Shown here: positions 27,501 to 39,500 of the stretch, in pieces
Layout: each line of letters begins with the position of its first letter
Position numbering within the stretch: position 1 is the stretch's first letter
DNA from: Phoronis australis
Taxonomy: Eukaryota > Animalia > Phoronida
Direction of reading: 5' to 3'
NCBI GenBank assembly: GCA_002633005.1
Contig: NMRA01000039.1
Span: forward strand, 1,034,335 to 1,098,334
Length of the DNA: 64,000 bases
Made by a program: the position numbers and the translations under genes
Notes under the pieces: model-generated
The model's input: only the letters and a program-made list of their open reading frames with translations
Told to the model about the DNA's origin: nothing
Databases searched by the model: none

Positions 27501-30500
27501 GAGTGTATGAAGACTAATAATTCATTGTTACCCGAAATTTCATTTTCAAGTAATTTGTTTTTGTATAATGTTCCTGTTTTTTTATCATTATTTTCTAACT
27601 TGTTGATTGGTGACCTTACCTTTCTTCATATCTCCAGGTTGTAGAGAGTGATTGTGGGTCATCATCAACCAATGGGAAGACCTCTCCAAGGCTAACCCAA
27701 GTCAATGGTGATTCTGGCATCGGTCTATCTATCGACCAACATTTAACCACTCACAGAGCCATACAGGAGTTTGATGTTAGTTTTTTTCTGCTTTTTAACA
27801 GGAATTTGTTAAATTGACAAATTGTCAAATCGATAATCCAAGGTAAAGGCAATTATTTTTTTAGCTTTATTCACATTTAAAAAAATATTCAATCTTTTGT
27901 GGCATTTGTTATGATTGTCCTCTGCTTTCCTAACAGGAATTGATTGAGATGTCTCTTCGGGTGAGCCCAAACATATAACTTATTCATTTTTTAATATTTA
28001 TAAATATTTATTTGTGGAAAAGCTTGATGCCTGTGGAAGAGTTCAATTCCCAATCATTCTGTGGCTGGTGACGGATGTCGTCTGCTTCTTTAACAGGACC
28101 TAGTTGAGATGACGCGCGTTACTTTAGTGAGCTCAAACACACAGGACAAGTTGACTCACAGTCTGGACCAGGTGTCGGAGACCGTGCAGGACTTCACAGA
28201 CTCCGCCTACACGACACACGAACACCGCGAGCGTATTCTGCTCTTGTGTGAGAAGATTAGACAAGAACTCTCAGCTCTCTTCCGCTATGGAGTCAGCATG
28301 GTATGGGAATGTTGTTTTGTTTGGAAACAAAATGGTTATAACATTGGAAGGGTATGGTAATCTGTCAAAATTGTCGTTTTCCACCTTTTCAAAGGCTGGT
28401 AACCTCTCTTGACTACAAAGGAAACGTAATCAAATGTTGTTTTATGAATTCTATGCAGTACAAACCATATTAGAAATGGACTAAATATTTCTTCATCTTT
28501 ATTTTTGTGGAGAAATTTTACAAAATAGAATTTCACTTGTTGGTCATATTGTGTGCTAAATAATTGCAGAGTTACCATGCTAGACAACAACGCTGCCAAT
28601 GGCTGATGTCACGGATACAAAGATGCGTTAATCTTAATTTTTTGGCATTATGATGAAAAATTTATTATGATAATAAATTTTTCATCATTTTGTCCCGAAG
28701 GTCCTAAGTACAAACTGTCATAAGGTTCTATTATGGTCAGGCGCCCAATGTCTCATGTAAGCAGAAGAGAAGAGTGTTCGTGGGTTTGAGTCATTTTTGG
28801 TCGAGAACTCGTGTTCATCAACTTTCAGATGTTTGCTCTTTTTAGGGAAGACAAATTATTTTCGTGTTTATTATGTATTGCAGAACCAAAAAGAAAATAC
28901 TCGTGCTGCGCAAGATTTTGAGACAGCCATTATACGTACCAAAGATTCCGCTAGGGCATTGCGCAAACAGGTAGGTGGTCCTACTGTCTCTCTTGTATAT
29001 TGTATCTGTTGTATATCAAGTACATCTCTCTGCTTAAAAAGATGCTATGCCATGTTTTGATAATTTCATGAGAAAGTGGTTCTGTCAGTTGCAATAATGT
29101 AGAGTTAGTACCTCAATTGAGAGTTATAATAATTATAGTAATTACAATTAGTGTAATAATTATTATAACTGTATCTTATAAGTAATTATAATTATCATGA
29201 GTGATAAAAATTATAATTGTAAATTGGTAATTGTAATTGCTATAATAGTAGTTACAATAATAACCACCTGCTGTGTGTTGTTGCAGCTGTTGGACACGGC
29301 CATGGATCAAACATCTGAGATGTTCCGCTCCAACGACGACCATGAACTGCTGTTAGCACTGAAAACTGCTGGACTCAGTGGGGATGTGGCCGCTATTGAT
29401 GAACTCGGTCTGAGATTTGAAGAGCACTCAGAACAGCTGCAAGAGGTTGGAGGACAATAGCTTAATGAATTAAATTTCAATCTTGGAGCATGTTTTATCA
29501 TAGGCGATATAACTGAATTTACTCCAAATATAATGCTGTGATTTTTATCAGAAAACAAAATATTGTTTTTGATATTGATTGGAATGTAAATATTACATTA
29601 ATAAATAAATAATAATAAATAGAGACCAGTTAATGGTTGAAATTTGTGTGAAAAGCACTTGTATTACAACAGTTTACACAACTTGAAAATCACTGAATAA
29701 TGTCTGTTAAGTTTGTGAAACTCATCGGTGACCACCAGTTGGAACTATTGCTGACCTTGTAGCTGCCACAGGTAACTTCAATCCTTGAAGCTTCTCTATA
29801 ACGCTTGCTGGGTACCTTTATCCAGTGGTAAAATGGAATCTGATTTGTAATTCAATATTGACAAATACTGTTCAATATGGGTCTGTATTACTGTAGACGT
29901 GAATATGCCACCACTTACCATTCAGACTTGGTTTTGTTGGACCCTAGTAAAATAGCCATTACCAGTCATTTTTGCCATAAACATAATTAGCTGTAATGAC
30001 GGTATTTTGGCTAATTGTCTTGCACTGTATGTCATAAAGATTACTAATTGTTATTTCCACAGCTTGCCAAACTACTGCATCACATTGCCACGACAGAACC
30101 ACTTATGATTGTTGCTGAGCACACAGAGGGCGCTGTCAAAAGTCTCGCCCCCCAGGTAAGGATTCGGTGCTTTGACTGGAAATTAGGAACTTGTCGTTTT
30201 CGTTCTTTTCAACATTGATTTTCGTTAATTTTCTCTTTCTTCGTTGGCTGCGATTTCATTATGGAAGTTAAAACTGAAACACAAGAATGTATTAATCTTT
30301 TGAAGCTGCATTTCGTGCTCAGCCTGCCTGAAATACAATTTGAGTTAAGAACACTTATTGCTCTCAAGGCATTCTCACTTTTGTTCTCGAGATGAAGATT
30401 GGGGTGTGTGCTTGAGGCGTGTATTTAGATGGCAATGTTTCAGTTACTCTAAGCTTGCTACACAAATTGCCCAATGATGGAAGATGAGTCAAATTCAGGA

Positions 30501-33500
30501 GAGGGGTCCACAACCTCTCTACTTCACGGTCACTTTGACATGGCTGTAGTTTTTACTTGTAAACAAACACGAGCGTGTGTTGTCTTAGTGTTATCATTTC
30601 AGAGTTATCTCCTTTCAGTTGACAAAAGTATGACATTATCTTGTTACATTGGACATCAAAAGCAGTGCCACATGAAAATATGTGCGTTTGATGACTGGGC
30701 TTCATTTCTGTTGCTTCCCTTTCTCGTAAATTTGTCAATTAGTTTTAATTAGTTTGGTTCTTTGCTGAACTAGTTTTGACGGACTCACGACTTGTCGTTA
30801 ATTTCCATCACGTGTTGTGGATGAGACGGTCACGCCACTTGGTGACCGTTGGCTACAGTTGAGTGATATAAAGCACTTCCTATATGTCTTCCGTTGTCAG
30901 ACATCATGTTGGCTATGGCCCCAGACCCACGCCTGATGTCGTTATTTTCACTCCATTGCCTTAGCCATGTAGGTGGTATTGACACGATGAAATCTCACCA
31001 AGTCTGGCCAAATGTATTGCCAAGTTCACCTCCCATTTTCATTTTTCCCTGGTCATTGCTGTTAGTGTCTGCAGTTTTTCAAAATATTTTGGTGATAGGT
31101 TGCAATACAGAAATTAAGGCATTAAGGCATTAGTCTGATATAACGTGCTTGCATTTTGAGGACCAGTTGATGCTCGTTATTTAGTAGAGAAAGCTTCTTA
31201 TAATGCGGGGATGTTCTATCAGACTGTTAAAGAACTAGTAAAAGAATCGTTCTAGTGTTTCGTGTCTTTTCTCAATATAATCAGTGAATTAAATTTCACT
31301 CATTGTCCGCATTGTTTCCTGTCTTAGCTACCTTGATGAGAATTAGACTCTCCCTTCGCTGTCCTTGTAGGTGATATTTGCTGCCAAGACCCTGGCGTTG
31401 AACCCAGCTAGCAAAATAGCCAAAGAGACCCTCGATGTCTTCTCAGACTCCTGGTCTTCGCAAATTAACGACGTCTCCTCATTGGTCAAGGACGTCAGCG
31501 AGATCTGTCAAGGTCGGCGAGAGAAGCAGGTGTACAGCTCATTACCGCGGCCGGGGGTAGGTGGCGCTAGTTGTTGGGCGGGCGTTGGCGTCAATGTTTG
31601 TCTTATGTCGTGGTGAAGAGGGCGACATACGGCTTTAAACTTGAGGTTCGGTGTTTAGCCTTTTACGATTAGTAAGTGGGCATTGGCTCTTTTAAATATT
31701 CACCAAAAGAAATACTTCGAAATAATCTTTCTGCCTCATATGCTTGGTTAAACATGAAATGGGTTTCCTCAAGCCAAACTTATTTTCAAAATTTTGAATA
31801 CCTTACCAATTAGTATTTTTATGATATTGGTTTTCAAAGGTTTTACAACTGTAAAAAGTTAACTCGGATGTCTTTTTTAAATTGTGTTAATAGTTCCTTT
31901 TGAAAAAATTTACCGAAGTAGTTTATTTGTAATCATGATTTTTTCGTTATGATGCATGTTATGAAAGTTTGAATAAAAATGAAAGAGTTTTCAACATTGA
32001 GCCAGTAGATAACATGCGCACTGTGTCTCCCTTTGCACATATGCACTCATGCACTGATGGCTCTTAGTTCAGTTTAGTTTGGCAAACGTTCACAATTATT
32101 GCTATTATCACGACTGTACTAAGCATACATTTTTCCCGATCATCCCCCAATATTTTTATTGGCCAATGTCTATTTACTTAGAATGTATAAACATGCTGGT
32201 ATCTACTAAAGTGTCATGATGCAGGGGCCTTACTGAACCAGTAGCACTGTTTTGACATTTTTATGGCCATGAGTTTTAGAGGACTTAACCAACAGTAGAT
32301 CCACCTCTCAATCATTTCTATCAAAGAAATGGGGCAATGTCAAGGCTGCTGGTTCTTAAGTTTAATTCAATGTGAAAAGGCAATTATAAAACATTGAATT
32401 TTGTCTTTTCCTGTTTGTCATTTTTACAACGCCATGGCCATACACTATCAGCGAGCATTAAATGGAGTCCTCTGTAAAGTGCGTATACTTTCTACACTCG
32501 TGAAAATAGCATTAATTGTGGCAAGTCCTTAAATCCACATTCGTCTAACCCGTTCTTATGTACTGCCCCATCAGACACTGGGCTTGGTCAGTTGGCCGGA
32601 CGTAACAGCACAAGTCTACCTGGCTGTGAGAGAACAGTTTGTAGTTACCTGCCGCGTAATGCTGCTGGCTTTTTCTGCTCTGTTTTGGCTCTTGTGACAC
32701 TTGTATACAAGTGGCAGTTGAACTGCTGAGGGCGCTGAACACAGAGGTCAATTTGAATAATGCTGTACCCTTTCCACGATCTGTTAGCACCAACCAATGG
32801 TTCAGTTGCTACGTTGTGTCAAATCTTTTCTGTGGCCTTGTTCCGCATCATTGCTTTAGGTAAACGCACACAACGCATTGAATAAGAAATACGCCACTCT
32901 ATTTCAGCCTTAAACTCGCCTGTTGTTTTAACTTTAAGAAATGACCAACCTATTCAAGGAGTTTTTGTCACACTATTTAAGAGCCACTTTACTCGGCTCT
33001 GGGATGCTAGACCAAATTAACCACTTATTGATAACTCAAAGTTTTTAAAAAATAGCATTCTTTGACTCTTTGTCAACTTATAGAAATTTGAACTATTTTT
33101 GTTTGCTCAGTTTGCTTCATAAAAGCATCCATCAAAGCTTTTGCTATTGGATGTGTTAAAACTTGATGTTGCATTCCAGGTTTATTTAATCACATGACTG
33201 ATTTAACATTTACTGTTTTTTGCATCAAATTATGCCTTCTAAGTAGTGATTTGTGTCTTTAACAACATGATCTAGTGTAGTTACCTTCAATGCATTGATG
33301 CGCTTGAGCTAAACATACAAGCCTTCCTTGCTTACTGCATTGTGCACTGCGATTCTGACGGTCTTCATCTGGCTCATTTCAAACTCGCTTTTTTAGGCAC
33401 ATTGTGACTTGCACTTGTGTTAACTAGGTCTTCCTGATACTCTTTCAATCGTTAATCACACCAATCATTGTGCGTTTAATCAAAGTCTTTCTGCCTACAT

Positions 33501-36500
33501 TTAGCCTTGACACGCTGATAATTCTCAGATCTCCGTTTGCTACGAAACCTTTCACTTCAAAGACTAACACACCACTGATACCAAATGTTCATTTTTTTCA
33601 TCTGTCAGATGACTAGTACCTTTTATTGATTTACACTGAAACTCTCATAAGTCGACTTGTATTTACCGTATTTTCTCTTAATGTGACACAAGCACTTCAA
33701 TTAATTAACTCCTCGTTATCTTACGAACCCTTTCCTTACCCCCTAACTGTGTCACCCCTTGTTATATTCTCTGCACCGCATTTGTTTTGGGGAACATCAA
33801 CTTCAGCCTGAAAACAAACACCAACTTGTTGTGAAAATGAACACCAACACACTTTTGTTGTGTTGAACTTATATAACTTGAAACTTTTGTTGTGTGGACT
33901 GTGGCTGTTTCTATGACTCTATTTTTGTTTGTCATTGTGTGTAATTAAATGAACTGGCGGGACTGGGTAAAATAATTGTCTTCAGGGCCAGAACTCAAGA
34001 TTTAATTTTGCAAGTATTTTGCTTCTAACTTTCGAAACTTGAAGCAAAACTCAAAAATGTATAGCTTTGCTTAAGTTTAAAGTTTAAAGCAATCATTTTT
34101 TGCTCCTTGTTGTTTCAGAACTTATAAACAAAATTAGCAAAATCAGGGCATTTCACCCCTTAGCTTGTAGTAAATTGGAGCCCTGTTTTGTACTTTGATT
34201 AGCCGTGAAAAGTTCACTCTGCAGACTTTATAATGAGGTTCCACTGAGCTCTGAATTTGTCAATTTGCTTTCCTTTCCTGCCTTGTTCTGAATGAGAATT
34301 CCTAGTATGCTGGTGACTCAAGCGGCATGGGCAATATTTGGCAGTGTTATGTGCTGCGATTTCATTCATAAAGTCGACCCATGTCACAACAATTGCTCTT
34401 ATGATTTTTATGTGCCCACATATTTATATGTGGACGCATTATGCCGTCATCTCCGTCCGTCCGTCCGGCGTCCGCTGCTTTATCTCCAAAACCCTTTGAC
34501 AAACATTCATGAAATTTGGCACATATGTTCCATTCATGAATGGGACGGCATGTGCGAACTTTCGGACGGACCTGACTACCGGTGTGCCCCCTAGTGGCAG
34601 TTTTATTTTTTTACGCTTACCTTTGTATCTTCAAAAGTCCTGAACGTATTTTCATGAAATTTGGTTTGTAGGCACCTATTAGAGAGATGACGCTATCCTG
34701 CCGTTTTCAGATGGATTCGACATAGTTTGCGCCACCAAGTGGCCATTTTTAGTGTTTTCGAGTCTGTTTTTGTGCGTCCACCCCTTTATCAACCAAACCG
34801 CTCAAAGGATGATTGTGAAAATTGGCATGTATATGCTTACTATGTAGAGGACGGTTGACGACGATTTTCCGACGATTTCGACTACTGTGGCGCCTCCTAG
34901 TGGCAGTTTTGTTTTTTTGCGCCTATGGCTGTATCTCCTAAACCGTTCGCAGGATCGTTACGAAATTGTGTAAGTATATTTATTTGATGTTAACAACGGA
35001 AGATGACGACTTTTGGACGGATCTGACTACCGATGTGCCCCCTAGTGGCAATTTTTATTTTTTTACGCTTACCTTTGTATCTTCAAAAGTCTTGAACGGA
35101 TTTTCATGAAATTTGGTATGTAGGCACCTATTAGTGAGATGACGCTATCCTCCTGTTTTCAGATGGATTCGACATAGTTTGCNCGCTATAAGTATGATTG
35201 TGAAAATTGGCATGTATGTTCTTACTATGAAGAGGACGGTTGACTCTGAATTTCCCATGACTTTGATTACTGTGGCTCCTCCTAGTGGCTTTTTTTTGCG
35301 CCCATGGCTGTATCTCCCAAACCGTTTGCAGGATCTTTACTAAATTTAGCAAGTGTATTTATGTGATGTTGAGAACGGACGATGACGACTTTGGGATGAT
35401 TCTGACTACCGTTATGCCTCTAGTGGCAATTTTAGTATTTTACGTTGACCTCTGTATTTTCATAGGTCTTCAGGTGTATACTTTGTGTTACTTCGTGACT
35501 ATGAAGGAAAAGTTCCAAGTAGAAATTTGTTTCTGGCATTCTAATGCTCTGCTAATCTCGTATGTTGGTAAATTTGTTTTTAATTCTATGTTTCTGTGGT
35601 GCTTTAAGCAACTGATGTATAGGATGTGCTTGCATTATGAAGATCACTCACATTTTGCCCCTAGCCTATTGAGGAGACAATGACCATGCCTTTCCATTTT
35701 GCAAAGTACAACATACTACATATATGCCCTCTACTGGCCACTTTATGGTACCAATAAACAACCCTAGAAGGATACCGTATGCGGTGCAATTGTGGGCGTA
35801 TTTCAACGCTCTGCGTTGCTCTTGTTCCTGAAAGATAAGCTGTAACTGAATTTCATTACAATCAAATTATCTTGAGATAAATGAGGTAAAAAATGCACCA
35901 TCTTTATTCTCCAACGGTTTAAAACATATAAAATCACTAGCTCTCGAACATGTGTGCAGCTACATGTCAGGTGAGTATAAAGACTTTGGCAATTACAGAG
36001 AAGTATGTGCAAATGTGCATATTATGTCTTATTTTACCTTAATTTTACCTGTCCAGTCTCGGTCTGTTGTATAATTAATCAACATGTTTAGAGCGCAGCT
36101 GACTCAGTCTTGTGGAATGGAACGTTGTAAATGAGTGAACATTGTAAACCAGTTTAGTTGTAACATGGCTTGACTGTACATCATGGATCTGTGGAATGAA
36201 AAGGGACGTAAGACTTAAGACAGAAATTGGGTCTAATACTGCCACTTAACAATTGCTGAATAAAGGCTTGGTAATTGACCTATCGCAAGCTCCGCCCCCT
36301 TCCGAAATGTTGACAAACAAACAATAAGTTTTACCTGGCAACGTGTTGTTTGTCAGGTAAAATGGCGGCTTGGAAACTAAGGTGTGTCAAGAATGTTGTA
36401 TTCTGATTGGTCACTTAAGCCATCACTGGCGATAGGTCAATTATGCGTGCGTCACAGCCTAGAATTAATTTGTAGACATTATCTTAGTAACCAGAAGTTG

Positions 36501-39500
36501 AGTGACCAGAGACTTTACAGTTCTACTGGAGTAAGAGTCAATTATTTCTCATAAATAGTTGTGTGAAGCGTGAGACTAAATTTGTGACGTAAGTCTTAAG
36601 TCACTTTTCATGAAACATATTCCATGTACGCAGTGAGTGACGTGAAGTTGATCAATTTGAATTTTACCAAAAAATTACAAATTCTTAAACTTACTATGCG
36701 TGTCTTTGCTAACTTTTTAATCTCCTAAACTAACCTTGAGGGTTATTTCTGGTCAATTCCATGATTGCCAAGAACTTTTGCTGCTTTTGAAATTAATACG
36801 AAATGTAGGTTTTAGAGTGAGCAAAATTACTTGTGAGGATTTGATAAATTTTCCTCCTATACTTTCAGAAACATGGCACGACGCAAAAGGGGTTGAAGCC
36901 ATCACGCTTAGATGCAGAGGTATAATATGAAACAGAATTATGTGCTTAAAAATTGTCTTAGCAAGCAGTGTTGGAAATTGGTCGGGTTTGGTCAAAAGCT
37001 GGTTCAGTGACATTACATTCCAGCTGTCAACAAATACTTTTCAAAAGTTTTAATTGAGCATGCCCTACCCACTTTTTGATGATGTCATGACCACTGCTTC
37101 ATGATGTCATACCCTCTGTCTGATGATGTCATACACACTGTGTGATGAAGTTGGTGATGTACTCACTCTGATGAAGTCAAACCCACTTTTTGATGTTGCA
37201 ACACTCAGTATTTGATTATGTCATAACCACTGTTTGATTATGTCATACCAACCCTTTGTGTTCAATTGTAGTGAAAGGTTGCACTAGGAGTTTTTTACTC
37301 ACTTAAATAACATCATGGTATGATAATTTGTTTTCTATTTTGTGATATTGACTTCTGTAACTCACCCTTTAAATATTCCTGTTGCCCTTAGGAACAAGCC
37401 AAGATAGCTAAGGTGGGCCTAGAGATGAAGTTGATCACGTCAGAGATGGACGCTGAGACAGAGAAGTGGGAGGAGCCAGACAATGAGCTGGTGCGACGTG
37501 CCAGGAACATGTCTAGCATGGCGTTCTCCATGTACCTATTCACACGCGGCGAGGGACCGCTCAAGACAACGCAGGACCTTTTTACGCAGGCGGATTATTT
37601 CGCCGAGGAAGGCAACAAATTGTTCAGGATAGTCAAGGATTTCTCTTCTAAGGTGAAGGTCAAATGTTGGTCGAATGTTTTTTGAGTAGGTGCAGTTTGG
37701 TTGTGAGGTATACGTTAGAGTAGCATGTTTTGGTATACAGTGTTTTGACTATTGGTTGATTCGTTGTCAACTTCAGTGTCCTGTAACAGCCCATCGACTC
37801 TGTGCAAGGAGTGTGAGAGGTCGACTTTCAGTAGCTTTTAGTGTGTTTCAAAGCTGATGTCCCATCAGAGTTGAGAAATGAACGTATTGGTGTTCAATTA
37901 GTGTGCAAACTGAGATCAGGGTATGGAATAACTATGGAGCTGCTATAGTGCCAGTGCCCGGACATAATGTGTTTTGGTCGTGACAGACCGGCCTGAAAAT
38001 CCTCCCCTCATTTTCGGGTCAGTTAAAATTCCTGAGTAAACCACATGCCTATATTTGGCCGGTAACACATGATTTCACGCTAATACACATTAGCTGATGG
38101 TGTTAAGATAAGAGTTGCCTTACAAAACAACACGTCTTTTCACTTTTTCGCTCTTTTGATGCATTTATACCAATAGAAGATTCGAAATCTCTATAAAATT
38201 TTGACCTCCTACATGCTCTCTCCGTAAATATCGGTGACGTTTTAGCTGAGGCCGCTTCGGTCAGGTCAGCCGAGTTTGAAGTAACTTTTACTATTACTAC
38301 GCAGTAAAGCGGTTTCCTTTGTTTTGAATTTTATATCCATTAAGAGTTTGATTTACACTAATTCTTTCAAAGTAAATACACAGAAATTAGCTTGGAGTAC
38401 CAGTAAACCTGAGTTAAAATTCCTGAGAAAGTAACAAATTTCACGAATTTGAATCCATAATGGTCTAATTTGCGCAGTGCCACAGTATTCTAAGTAATTT
38501 GTTCTTGTGGGTGTCGTGAGCACCTGTTTGAGCTGTGAAGTTTCGTCGTTTTTGCCGTTACAAAATGAGAGCGACGGGTGTCCGTGTTCAAGCACATGCA
38601 TTTTTGTCGTAAAGTAAAAATCCCAATGAAATTCGGACGAAAAATGACACTATTTTCAAGAGTTAACAATTTTTGTCGGAAGTCATGGCGAAAATCTGGA
38701 AGGAAGTTGGATGAAAAATTGTTGAAAATTTACCAAAAGTTTTTGCTTCAAAATTCCATTTATTTTCCAGGAGAATTATTGTGAAATTATTAAGACCACC
38801 ACATTACGATCAATGCTGAATGGCGGTTTGACTGCTACGTAGTTATTTGGTAGTTATACTGTTTGTGGATGGTGTAACTTATACCATCCACAAACAGGAT
38901 TGTGCTTTTCATGAACCTTCTACTTCTTTATTGGGTTAACTAAACAGACTTGCCGAAAAAGTGCTGTACTGTACAAACTTAATGTCGCATGCTGTTATTG
39001 AATCGTAAAAAAGTTTCATAATTTTGTGTTGACGTTCAAGGCATCTCACCATTCACTTAAAACCAGTTCCATTGCCAGACAAGTCGTAATTATCATGCTT
39101 ATTGCCCCTACAGCCGAGTGGGTAATGAACTATTGAAATCACTGATAAAAGTGTGTCAAGTTCACAGTTCCTGTAACCCCTGAGATTCTATCATGATCAT
39201 TTCGCGTTATGATTTCACATTTTGCCAGATTTATTTTATGTTTCTTTTTGGTATGTTAAAATCTTTAAATTGGGAAAGATCAAGTGGAATTTGTTTTCGC
39301 CTTTTTTCAGACTTGTTGCTCATATTTTGGTGCTTTTCGATTGTATCTGTGTAAATAACTTAAGTCTGTATGTGTGTTGTGGAAACTGGTGCATTTCAAA
39401 ACAGTGGTTTAAGAATGGGCGACTCCATACTGACGGTGATTCTAATGAAGGGAAGGGCACTCTTTTTGTTGTTTGAATAGATTAAGAATGGGCGACTCCA

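Noticed and set aside
29120-29260. AT-rich stretch giving a hydrophobic N-terminus in ORF 29197-29460
   Set aside because: Low-complexity intron sequence upstream of the true acceptor at 29286.
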